A stretch of 63,915 nt of DNA, counting the filler. It is 9 parts of 9 records of this genome, joined end to end, with 100 filler letters (N's around TTAATTAATTAA, not from the genome) between each part and the next. Parts side by side here need not be neighbours in the genome. Positions count along the whole stretch, not along the records: positions 46,530 to 52,279 come from SRR31156797_68323; positions 52,380 to 58,688 come from SRR31156797_68366; positions 58,789 to 63,915 come from SRR31156797_68373; 6 more parts are not named here. One strand, written 5' to 3'. How positions within the stretch are numbered: position 1 is the stretch's first letter; each line of letters starts with the position of its first letter. This document shows, piece after piece, positions 50,269 through 59,057 of the stretch. The translations under genes and the position numbers were made by a program. A model generated the notes under the pieces. That model saw only the letters and a list, made by a program, of their open reading frames with translations. It made no database searches and was not told where the DNA came from.

Positions 50269-50757
50269 TTATCTGGTCTTGAGTTCGGACAGCGTGACCT
50301 GATAGAACGCGCCTTCCGGGACCGGACAGGTGACTTTGTAGTCGGTGGTCTCGCCGCGCACGAGCATCACCCGCTGCCAATTCGTCTCGTAGACGGGCGG
50401 ACTGCGGCGGACTTGACCGGCCACCGGTTCTTCGTAAAACGTCACCTTGGCCGAGATCGGGAAATCGCGTCCCTGGCGGTTCCACAAGTGCTGGCCGCCG
50501 CGGTCGCGCAGTCCCACGCGGACCTCGAGCAGACCCGCCGCATTGGGCCGGCCCTGGTCGTAAACGACTTCGATATAATCCGACAGCGATTTCGTGCCGA
50601 ACAGTTTGTATTCCGTCGGCCGCACGAAGACGACCGTCCCTTCCCGGGACAGCTCTTTGGGCTGGGCCCGATCCACGTTATGGACACTGTTACATCCGGC
50701 CGACACCGCGGCCAGCAAAACGACGATCATTACGTGCTTGTACCTGGTATTGGTCAT
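50269..50757 (-). CDS. YcfL/DUF1425-like lipoprotein
   Basis: ATG 50757, lipobox SAGC, N.AGLLEV, FY, W..V.L..GE pattern; adjacent to lpoB-like gene. Confidence 0.65.
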   Translation of the reverse strand: MTNTRYKHVMIVVLLAAVSAGCNSVHNVDRAQPKELSREGTVVFVRPTEYKLFGTKSLSDYIEVVYDQGRPNAAGLLEVRVGLRDRGGQHLWNRQGRDFPISAKVTFYEEPVAGQVRRSPPVYETNWQRVMLVRGETTDYKVTCPVPEGAFYQVTLSELKTR

Positions 50758-50779
50758 GTTCTTACCCTCACCTTCGCAA

Positions 50780-51892
50780 TCAACGATAGACGGTGCCGAC
50801 GCTCGACGCACGCTTGGACTCATAGGCATCTTCCCAGAGCACTTCGTTCGTGCCCGGGTCGACCATCTGGTAACTGACGATGACATAGTCGGAGCGTGCC
50901 GAGCCCTGGGTCGCCTTGCTCAAGGCGCTGATGTCGCCGGTCAGAATGTAGTCGGCGTTACCGATGCCCGACCGGACCTTCTTCTCCAGCGAAACCATCT
51001 TCTCGCAGACGACGGTCTCGCTGGTTGCGTCCACGAGTTGGCAGTTGAAGCGCTTCGTGACATTCGGGTTCTGTCGCTGCTGGAAGGTGAGCGTCTCTTC
51101 CTCGGTATTCTCCTTGCTGTACGTCGGGCCCAGGAACTCGCGTTTCTGTTTGATCGTCAGTTCCATTTCCCGTTCGCCCTCGGCCACCTGAATCCCCTCG
51201 GCCAGGAACTCCCCGCACAGCACGTAGTCCACGCCCAGGTCGGCCAGCGGTTCGCCGTCTGCCATCGCCTGCTGCACCCGTCGACTCGCCTGCGACGTGA
51301 CGAATGCCGCTTGTCCTTTGGCCTGCCGGGCGACACTGGATCGCACCATGGCCAGAAAGCTCTCGGCATTCATCCCGGTGATGTTGGTGTTGCCGATTTC
51401 CCCGATCGCCAGTCGCGCCGGATCGGCCCCCGTCTGCGGGGGCAGATTCGCCACCAGATAAGCGGCGATCTCGTCGGCCACGTCCTCCCAGCCCGTCTCA
51501 TCCTGCTCCCGCAGGATCTGGCTGCGGACTCGCTGGGCGTTGCCCTGCATGAAGAAGCGCACGCGTCCCTGCGAGACTCGGTTCAACTCGATGCGCAAGC
51601 GCGTCAGGAAGATACTCTGGTCGATGAGAAAGCGCGTGTTATTTCGCACCGGTGCCAGCGCGATGCGCGTTACATCGGGCGCGCCGGCCACTTCCGGCGT
51701 CGATAGGATCGCACTGGTCATCTGCTGGGCGATCGTGCGAATGTCACTGCTCTCCAGGAACGTCCCGCCGAGATTGTCCTCTTCGTCAGGGTGCAGGATC
51801 GCCGTTCGTGACGGTTCGTGCACGTCGGGCGTCGCACAGCCGGCCACGACCAGCGCCCCCATCAAAACGCCCCATATCCATACCTGCTTCAT
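50780..51892 (-). CDS. LpoB-like lipoprotein with two LpoB-fold domains
   Basis: ATG 51892 with GGGAGG, lipobox VAGC, SSDIR..A..M, V.NNT, ADYIL.G.I, MVD..T.E.LW. Confidence 0.75.
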   Translation of the reverse strand: MKQVWIWGVLMGALVVAGCATPDVHEPSRTAILHPDEEDNLGGTFLESSDIRTIAQQMTSAILSTPEVAGAPDVTRIALAPVRNNTRFLIDQSIFLTRLRIELNRVSQGRVRFFMQGNAQRVRSQILREQDETGWEDVADEIAAYLVANLPPQTGADPARLAIGEIGNTNITGMNAESFLAMVRSSVARQAKGQAAFVTSQASRRVQQAMADGEPLADLGVDYVLCGEFLAEGIQVAEGEREMELTIKQKREFLGPTYSKENTEEETLTFQQRQNPNVTKRFNCQLVDATSETVVCEKMVSLEKKVRSGIGNADYILTGDISALSKATQGSARSDYVIVSYQMVDPGTNEVLWEDAYESKRASSVGTVYR

Positions 51893-52279
51893 GGTCTTCA
51901 ATGCCTCCCTAGAACAGTCGTCGATCATATCGGGATCGTGTCATTCCTGCCGTTGCGCCAAGTCGCCGCGTCGCGACCTCTAAAAGTATTATCGGTGAGA
52001 AAGGCAGGGCTCACCAGCAAAAAGTCACCACGTCGGGGACAGTCACGGCGCGAAATATCGCATCAAACGTGCAGCGCGTGGCAGCCCAACGCGCGTGGTG
52101 GGCACAGATTCTTTATTCCTTGCTGCGTCACGGGTTATAAGGATGGGCGGTGTCTGGAAATGACTTTCTTTCGCATCCAACATGCAGGTTGGCCCAATCA
52201 TACAGGGACGCCGTGTTTTTTCGGTCGTTCCGTGATGATGGTTGTTGCTTGACCATGGGAGGCCCGCGAACTGTTCGGC

Positions 52280-52379
52280 NNNNNNNNNNNNNNNNNNNNN
52301 NNNNNNNNNNNNNNNNNNNNNNNTTAATTAATTAANNNNNNNNNNNNNNNNNNNNNNNNNNNNNNNNNNNNNNNNNNNN
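52280..52379. other. Artificial contig spacer
   Basis: N-run + TTAATTAATTAA + N-run. Confidence 0.98.
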
Positions 52380-54009
52380 CTCCTGCAGGAACACAGAAAT
52401 TATCCATACATGTCATTGCAGTTCCTGTCATATCTGTTGGACAGTCCTCATCAGTATTGCATTTAGGAATACAAAGGTTTCCTTGAGGAGTTGAACCACA
52501 ACCGCAACCGAGTGTCGCTTCTAGTGGACATGCGCCTTCAACTTCACAGTCTTCATCTTTCTCACATGTTACGGGACCTACAACGTTGTCATCAGGAACT
52601 TCTGAATCATCCGGAGTTTCTGTATTGTTTTCATTCCAGGCATCTTCCATTTCAGTTGTAAAATCAGAAGCCGGGGCTGTGTTTTTATTCATTTCAATAT
52701 CGCTTCTTACGCATCTGACAAAATTATAAATTCTAAGAACATCTCCCTGTGGTCCAAAGCCTGTCGGATAATCGGATGGGTCACCGGTTTTAGGATCACT
52801 TCTTTGACAACCAGCTCCGTGAACATCAAGAAACGTGCCATCCATACCATTTTCACTTGGGAATCCAAAAGCCTGACCAAAGGCAATATATGCTCCCTTC
52901 TCTCCGTTTCCTTCTACATGAGTTGTTGAAGTCCAGAAGAATGGATAGTTCTTACTTCCATCTTCAACTGTGATCTGCGTGGTTTCAAAGATAGGATCAA
53001 TTGCAGGCGAGTTTGTTGTGGTTGGAGATCTTGAATAATCAACAATGTATTGAAGTTCCTTTGCATTTGGAAGTCTCCAGTCAGACTTTCCAGCCAATTC
53101 AAGGTCTTCACAGTATTTAAGAGCTTCAGCCCATAGAAGTCCGCCATAAGTCCCATGACCGACACCATAGGCACCGTTATCTTTTTTCATCCAGGTAAGA
53201 CCGGTATTTTTGTCTGTAACTGTTTCGTCACCATTGTCAGCAAAGTCACTTTCACCGTAATCGCTGCGACCTCTCACAAAACGTGCATAGTATCCCATCT
53301 GCATTCTCTGAGTCGGATATCCTTTTATCCTGCCATCAGCCAGGTTCAGTCCGAAAAATGCTTCCTGGTCACCAAAAACTGTTCCGACATACACGGTATC
53401 TGTAACATACTGAGCATCAATAAATCGGTTTACCTGACCATATTCAAAGTCAAAGAATGTGGTATCAATAAAAGGATTGGCATTACTTGGAACAGAAAGT
53501 TCGTCCTGTTGCCCCGAGCCTGTGCTTCCATTAAAATTCATCAATGAATATAGCTCCTTAATACTTGGAACCCTCCAGTCTGAGTGACCACCGATGTTTA
53601 GGTTTTCCGCCATTTCTTTTGCATCATCAAATGAAGTTTCAAAAAACCCTTTTGTCCACTCAAGCCCGGTTACAAGATCAGTTATAGTATCATCTCCATT
53701 ATCCTGATACTTCATCTCAAACCCGAGATATTGAGCGTCCTGACCAAAATAGTCTCCGCCTTCTGGACAATTCAGTGCATTACCAGTGTCAAAACAGTAC
53801 TTTTGACCAGTATCAGGGATCTTACATTTCACACCTGAAACTTCGACCTGATCATCATCTGTTGTTTCGCTAACAGAGTCATCTTCCTGTTGGTTGGCAG
53901 AATCATCTGTCTGCTGCTCATCATCATCTGTTTTTACAGTTGTCTTATTGTCACATGAAAAAAGAAAAAACAGACAAATAAAAAAGATCACTTTCAAAGT
54001 CTTTTTCAT
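52380..54009 (-). CDS. DUF1566 (Lcl-type) domain lipoprotein with Cys-rich C-terminus (3'-truncated)
   Basis: Lipobox FSC, Asp-rich linker, DTGQ, GQDA, two DNGD.T.TD..TGL.W and DWR.P..KEL repeats. Confidence 0.85.
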
Positions 54010-54140
54010 AACTTTTCTCCATAAAGATCAGTTCTTAAACAACTAACTGTAGCATTTAATTATGAAGATAATATGTAAGATTTGCAAAAACAATTAAAAA
54101 AGTATAAAATCCCTCGTTAACACTGTAAATGGAGATTATC

Positions 54141-56108
54141 ATGCTGGAACTATTTGACAAGGATATCTATAAGGAATTACTGGACATTGTCATGGAGCTT
54201 GTAAAAGCTAAAGATCTTAATGACATGATAATCAGACTTAACAATTCCATATCAGGACAAATGCCTTCCACAACAATATTTGCTGCTATCTGGGATAAAT
54301 ATGATGAAGAGATAGAAATTTTTCCAAAAAAAACGCAGGTGCATCATAAAATAAACATCCGTGATCTTTTTTGCCACTTTCTTAAAAATGAGAATTATCA
54401 ATTTTCCGGAAAAATTAAAGAGATCGGACCTGAATTTAAAGATCTGGAAAATAGTGATCAGAGAATCTTTTTCAGCATGAAAAGAATGGAAAAAGGCATC
54501 CGTGGCGCAGTTCTTGGTTTTCATGGATCTGATGTTGAACTGGAGAAGACAAAATTCGTTGCCAAAACAATACTGCCTCAATTCTGGGACATATTTTCGC
54601 AACGTTATCTTAAAATGGTTACAGGTAAAGAAACTGAAATGCTCTGGAAAATGAAAGATGTCCAGATCGACACATCCGGCAAAGACCTTAACAATATTGA
54701 ACTCAACAAACTTCTTGAAAATCTCCTGGAGCTTACCCTCAGGAAAATAAAGCTTAAATGCGGATGCGTGCTTCTTCTTAATGAACAGACAGGTGAACTG
54801 GAATTTGAACCTAGAGCTGTAAAAGGAAAATCTCTTTCCATTGTTCCTGAAAAACTGTCTCTTGAAGAAAAAAGTCTTGCTTCCATAGTTATCAGAACAA
54901 ATAACTACTACATTTGTAACGACACAGAAAAAGAGCCTGACTACTACCCTCTTTTTCAGGGAATTCAATCATCTTTAGTTGTGCCGATCATATTTCAAAA
55001 AAGAACCATCGGTGTTATTGCGATTGAATCTGAAACAAAAAATGAGTTTAAACAGGAAGACGCTCTTATAATTACAGCCTTAGCTAGAGAAGCAACAATG
55101 TTCATCAGACGTGCTCAGCTCTTTGCCGAAACTGCAAAAAAGGGATTCGGGATCATGATCCTTGGAACGTCAACACAGTGGAAAGACGTTGAGAAAAGGA
55201 TCGAGAAAGCATCAAGAACTGATGCAACTGTTCTAGTTAGAGGAGAAAGCGGAACCGGTAAGGAACTTGTTGCCCACGCTATTCACTTTAACAGTCCCAG
55301 AAAAAACCGTCCTCTGATAACTGTTAATTGCGCGGCAATTCCTTCAGAGCTCCTTGAGTCCGAACTTTTCGGTCATGTAAAAGGCGCTTTTACCGGTGCT
55401 TATTATAACAAGACAGGTGAATTTGAAAAAGCTGAAGGCGGAACTATCTTTCTTGATGAGATCGGAGACCTTCCCCTCCTTCTTCAGGTGAAACTTCTGC
55501 GCACACTTCAAAGTGGAGAGATCCATCCTGTTGGTAGCAACAAAGTTGCAAAGCGAGTTGATGTGAGAGTTATTGCGGCAACCAGTCGTGATCTTGAAAC
55601 AATGGTGCAAAAGAGTGAGTTTAGAATGGATATGTACTACAGACTTAACGTTGTTCCCATACGTGTTCCAAGTCTTAGGAACTACCGCAAAGATATTCCT
55701 CTTCTTGTCAAAAACTTTATAAAAGATGCTAACTCAAGCTATAAGACCACAATTTTAGACATTGATCCGGAAGCAATGAAGATCCTGATGAAGTACAACT
55801 ATCCCGGAAATGTACGTCAGCTTAGAAACTTTGTAAATCAGGCTGCTATCATGGCTGAAGGAAGAACAATAACTGTAGATGATCTGCCGGATGAGCTTAA
55901 TACTGACGAAAATAACAACTCTGAATTCAGTCTCGACCAGTTTAACAGCTATCATGAAGAAAAAGAAAAGATCGTTGAGAATTTTACTAAGAACTATTTC
56001 TCTGCTCTTTTAAAGAAAAATTCAGGAAATATTATGAAGTCAGCTAGAGTTGCAGGAATCTCAAGAGTTGCTCTGTATAAAATAGTCAATAAATACGATC
56101 TAGGCTGA
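54141..56108 (+). CDS. Sigma54-dependent activator (GAF + AAA+ + HTH), NifA/FhlA-like
   Basis: GESGTGKE, ESELFGH, GAFTGA, FLDEIG, YPGNVRQL, C-terminal HTH; GGAG RBS before 54141. Confidence 0.93.
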   Translation: MLELFDKDIYKELLDIVMELVKAKDLNDMIIRLNNSISGQMPSTTIFAAIWDKYDEEIEIFPKKTQVHHKINIRDLFCHFLKNENYQFSGKIKEIGPEFKDLENSDQRIFFSMKRMEKGIRGAVLGFHGSDVELEKTKFVAKTILPQFWDIFSQRYLKMVTGKETEMLWKMKDVQIDTSGKDLNNIELNKLLENLLELTLRKIKLKCGCVLLLNEQTGELEFEPRAVKGKSLSIVPEKLSLEEKSLASIVIRTNNYYICNDTEKEPDYYPLFQGIQSSLVVPIIFQKRTIGVIAIESETKNEFKQEDALIITALAREATMFIRRAQLFAETAKKGFGIMILGTSTQWKDVEKRIEKASRTDATVLVRGESGTGKELVAHAIHFNSPRKNRPLITVNCAAIPSELLESELFGHVKGAFTGAYYNKTGEFEKAEGGTIFLDEIGDLPLLLQVKLLRTLQSGEIHPVGSNKVAKRVDVRVIAATSRDLETMVQKSEFRMDMYYRLNVVPIRVPSLRNYRKDIPLLVKNFIKDANSSYKTTILDIDPEAMKILMKYNYPGNVRQLRNFVNQAAIMAEGRTITVDDLPDELNTDENNNSEFSLDQFNSYHEEKEKIVENFTKNYFSALLKKNSGNIMKSARVAGISRVALYKIVNKYDLG

Positions 56109-57488
56109 TCATTCAGGAACACAGACAGTTTCAGGAAGTTCAGGCATCATCAAAAGGACAAAAGATGGAATCTCACTGCATTTTTCTCCCTGCGGACAAC
56201 TTGTGTCATCACCTGCGACACAGTCTCTTTTAACGCAGGTAAGCTTTGTAAGACCGGCACTAGTGACATTATCATCATCTACAACACACCAGCTTGCATC
56301 ACATGAGCAGTCTAGATCTGTAACGCATGAGTTTGTATTACATGAATAGTCAGGGCCTGGTTCATAGTTGCTTAAAAATACTTTTTCAGCGTTTCCGGAA
56401 AGTATTGCAGTTATCTCATCTTTTGTGAAACCTACTTCTTTGATAACTTTTACAACTGTTTCAAGATACATTCCTATCTTTCCGCAATACTGAGGACCGT
56501 CTGTAGCAAAAAGTGTTTTGTCTACAATCCCCATCTCTTTCACTTTTGTAAGAACATAAAGGATCTGTCCATATTCTTCGCTGTAGCCGTCAACTGTGTT
56601 TTCCTGACCCTCGGGCACCTCATCTCCGTTTTCATCGATCCTAAAGGCGCTCTGAAGTGCACTGAGGTCGATATAAACGTTTGGATAAGTCTTTGCAAGA
56701 GCAAGAGTATCATTTACAGCCCTCTTGTCACCGGTTCCAGCATGTGCAAATACCATGTTCACAACTTTTTCATCGTTTGGATCACCATTTTCATCAAGAC
56801 CATCATGAGCCTTGATAACATCTTCAAGATACTTGGGGTTGTAATATTCCGGAGTCGTCATTGAGCCTGGAAAAGGTGAAAACCCGCTGTGCATCAGAAC
56901 TGGAACTGAATATTTTGCCGCAACATCAAAAACATTATGATAGAGAGGATCATTAAAAGGTGCAGGCTGATGAGCATGTGCAAGTTTTATTCCGACAAAA
57001 AGATCAGGTCTCTGCTCAAAATATGAACTTACAGCCTCCATTCTTGACGCACGGAGAGCTTCGTTGTCATAATCATCAAAATTCACTCCGACCATTCCCC
57101 ACAGAGCCTGTTTCCCGTCACTCCCTTTATTCCTATCATCATCAAGAAGGTCTTCAAGATATCTGTTGTTTGCATAACCTGTTGTATTTTGTGCGTATAC
57201 AGCAAGAATTATACCCTTTTCAACCCCTGCAAGCTCCATGTTACCAAGGATTCCAATATTTTCAGCATAAGGATCTACGAATTTTGAGAGTATTCCTGGA
57301 AGATAAGGAACACCCATCTGGATAGTTTCTGTAAAATTAACTTTAGCCTTTAGCGGCATTGCGCCGTATTCACCTGTATGAAGATGCGGATCAATGACCT
57401 TGTATGTTTCACCGTCGATCTCTATTTCAGCAGAAAGATTAAAAGTGAAAAGCACTGAAAGAATAATTATAAATGATGCTATTTTCAT
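56109..57488 (-). CDS. Exported amidohydrolase-2 family protein with Cys-rich C-terminal module
   Basis: Signal peptide, DPHLH, GIK, MHSG, AHAG, FATDGP. Confidence 0.8.
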   Translation of the reverse strand: MKIASFIIILSVLFTFNLSAEIEIDGETYKVIDPHLHTGEYGAMPLKAKVNFTETIQMGVPYLPGILSKFVDPYAENIGILGNMELAGVEKGIILAVYAQNTTGYANNRYLEDLLDDDRNKGSDGKQALWGMVGVNFDDYDNEALRASRMEAVSSYFEQRPDLFVGIKLAHAHQPAPFNDPLYHNVFDVAAKYSVPVLMHSGFSPFPGSMTTPEYYNPKYLEDVIKAHDGLDENGDPNDEKVVNMVFAHAGTGDKRAVNDTLALAKTYPNVYIDLSALQSAFRIDENGDEVPEGQENTVDGYSEEYGQILYVLTKVKEMGIVDKTLFATDGPQYCGKIGMYLETVVKVIKEVGFTKDEITAILSGNAEKVFLSNYEPGPDYSCNTNSCVTDLDCSCDASWCVVDDDNVTSAGLTKLTCVKRDCVAGDDTSCPQGEKCSEIPSFVLLMMPELPETVCVPE

Positions 57489-57499
57489 ACCTATCTCCC

Positions 57500-58189
57500 T
57501 TAATTTATTTTGGTTTCGCATTTTTCCATCGTCGGAACTTCGTATTTTAGTTCATATGGCGGATAAACACCGATAGTTACAGCTTTATCGTTTTCATACT
57601 GAACTGAAAAACCCTCTGTATAATAGACATAGTTTCCGGTATCTTCTTTTTGTGCATCTTTCATAAGAGCTTCGATATCTGTTCTTGTCATATCCGGAAG
57701 AATATCACCTTGAAATTCGCCACCCGTCATTGCTCCAACTGCTATAAGTTTTGCATCCTCACTTATCTGATACTGCTGTGTTGAAGAAAAGATAACTTCC
57801 ACGGCAAGATCTTTATATTTTGCACTTCCGAGTCTATTAAAGGCTAGCGGGCTTGAAGGTTCACCGTACTTTTCTTTTATCTGCGCGTATGTCATTCCAA
57901 TCTCAAATCCACCTATACCCGTTCCATTATTGATCTTTAATGGTCCTTCAACTACATCCTCATCCTGTACTTCTTCATCAGAATTTCCGGTATCATCTAG
58001 AACTTCGCGGTCATCTTTAATTTCATTCTTATCCTGAGTTTCACTTTCATCAGCAACTGTGTTCGCCTCATCGCTGACCTCAACGTTTTCCGTGTCGTTA
58101 ACATCCTCATTTTCCTCTTTCTGTGCATTGCCTCCACATGAAACAAAAAACAGCAGAAAACAAGTCATAAAAAGCATTTTCTTTTTCAT
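57500..58189 (-). CDS. Hypothetical lipoprotein with acidic linker
   Basis: Lipobox VSC, D/E-rich linker, IGMT...I...YGEP. Confidence 0.78.
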   Translation of the reverse strand: MKKKMLFMTCFLLFFVSCGGNAQKEENEDVNDTENVEVSDEANTVADESETQDKNEIKDDREVLDDTGNSDEEVQDEDVVEGPLKINNGTGIGGFEIGMTYAQIKEKYGEPSSPLAFNRLGSAKYKDLAVEVIFSSTQQYQISEDAKLIAVGAMTGGEFQGDILPDMTRTDIEALMKDAQKEDTGNYVYYTEGFSVQYENDKAVTIGVYPPYELKYEVPTMEKCETKIN

Positions 58190-58297
58190 TGTTCACTCCT
58201 AAATAAAAGTTTACTGATCTAAAAGACCATAATTCACTTTAAACTTATCAACCGGATCTTTGCTATCGACCGTCATTGGAACTGTGAACGAAATAGT

Positions 58298-58466
58298 TTT
58301 TCAGGACTCTTAAACTTTATGCACCTAAACAGTCCAACCACCTGTATTTATTATTTATTTAGATTTAAAGTCCTGAAAACTGAATTTTATATTTTCTACA
58401 TAATCAGGACTTAAGTTGTGTTTTATTGACACAATGAAAAAAAACACTAAAAAGATTTCAGGCTTT
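58298..58466. repeat. Four copies of a TCAGGACT-core motif in a divergent intergenic region
   Basis: 58298-58314 (+), 58364-58379 (-), 58404-58413 (+), 58456-58466 (degenerate). Confidence 0.6.
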
Positions 58467-58491
58467 TATTCACAATTTGATGGAAAACACC

Positions 58492-58688
58492 ATGGAAAAG
58501 CGTTTGCTTGTTATAGTTTTGTTAATTTTTCTTTTGTCTTCATGTTCTGATGGAAAGAATAAGAATTCTGATGACACTGATCTTATGTCAGATAATGACA
58601 AAATAACTGACGTTGAAGAGAATGACGGAATGGACGAAATCGAAATAGAGGACAGTCAGGACGACTTGTCCGATGAAGTCTTGACGGA
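58492..58688 (+). CDS. Lipoprotein N-terminus (3'-truncated)
   Basis: MEKRLL..LSSC lipobox, Asp-rich linker. Confidence 0.7.
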
Positions 58689-58788
58689 NNNNNNNNNNNN
58701 NNNNNNNNNNNNNNNNNNNNNNNNNNNNNNNNTTAATTAATTAANNNNNNNNNNNNNNNNNNNNNNNNNNNNNNNNNNNNNNNNNNNN
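58689..58788. other. Artificial contig spacer
   Basis: N-run + TTAATTAATTAA + N-run. Confidence 0.98.
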
Positions 58789-58789
58789 A

Positions 58790-59035
58790 ATTATTCAAAG
58801 AGCCGTTCAATGTTCCGATATGATTTTTTCAAATGTGAAGCTGCGTGATGATGGTTGGATGGAAGTCAGCGATATAAATAGAATTACTTCGGAGACGGGT
58901 TTTATAAGCGGCAGCCCCGATCTTGGAAACCACCGGTTAAGAGTTGGGGATAATGAATGGGTGATTTCCGATTACTTTGACGGCGGAAGCAACATGATTT
59001 TGAAGATAGAAAGCTACGAAAAGAAATTAAACTAA
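58790..59035 (+). CDS. DUF1850-like protein, C-terminal fragment
   Basis: Open frame from the contig edge, DGW...INR, H.L pattern; typical position just before a TAXI-TRAP fused permease. Confidence 0.5.
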   Translation: MIQRAVQCSDMIFSNVKLRDDGWMEVSDINRITSETGFISGSPDLGNHRLRVGDNEWVISDYFDGGSNMILKIESYEKKLN

Positions 59036-59057
59036 AAATATTCAATGGGGAATCTGT

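Noticed and set aside
48319-51706. Long plus-strand ORFs (470 aa and 370 aa)
   Set aside because: Antisense shadows of the lipoprotein operon, expected at high GC.
58320-58337. Sigma54 -24/-12 promoter on the minus strand (TTGGACTGTTTAGGTGCA)
   Set aside because: GG-to-GC spacing is 11 nt rather than the required 10.
6500-58788. TTAATTAATTAA as a biological repeat, and ORFs running into the N-runs
   Set aside because: Synthetic linker; ORF ends containing X are artefacts of truncation.
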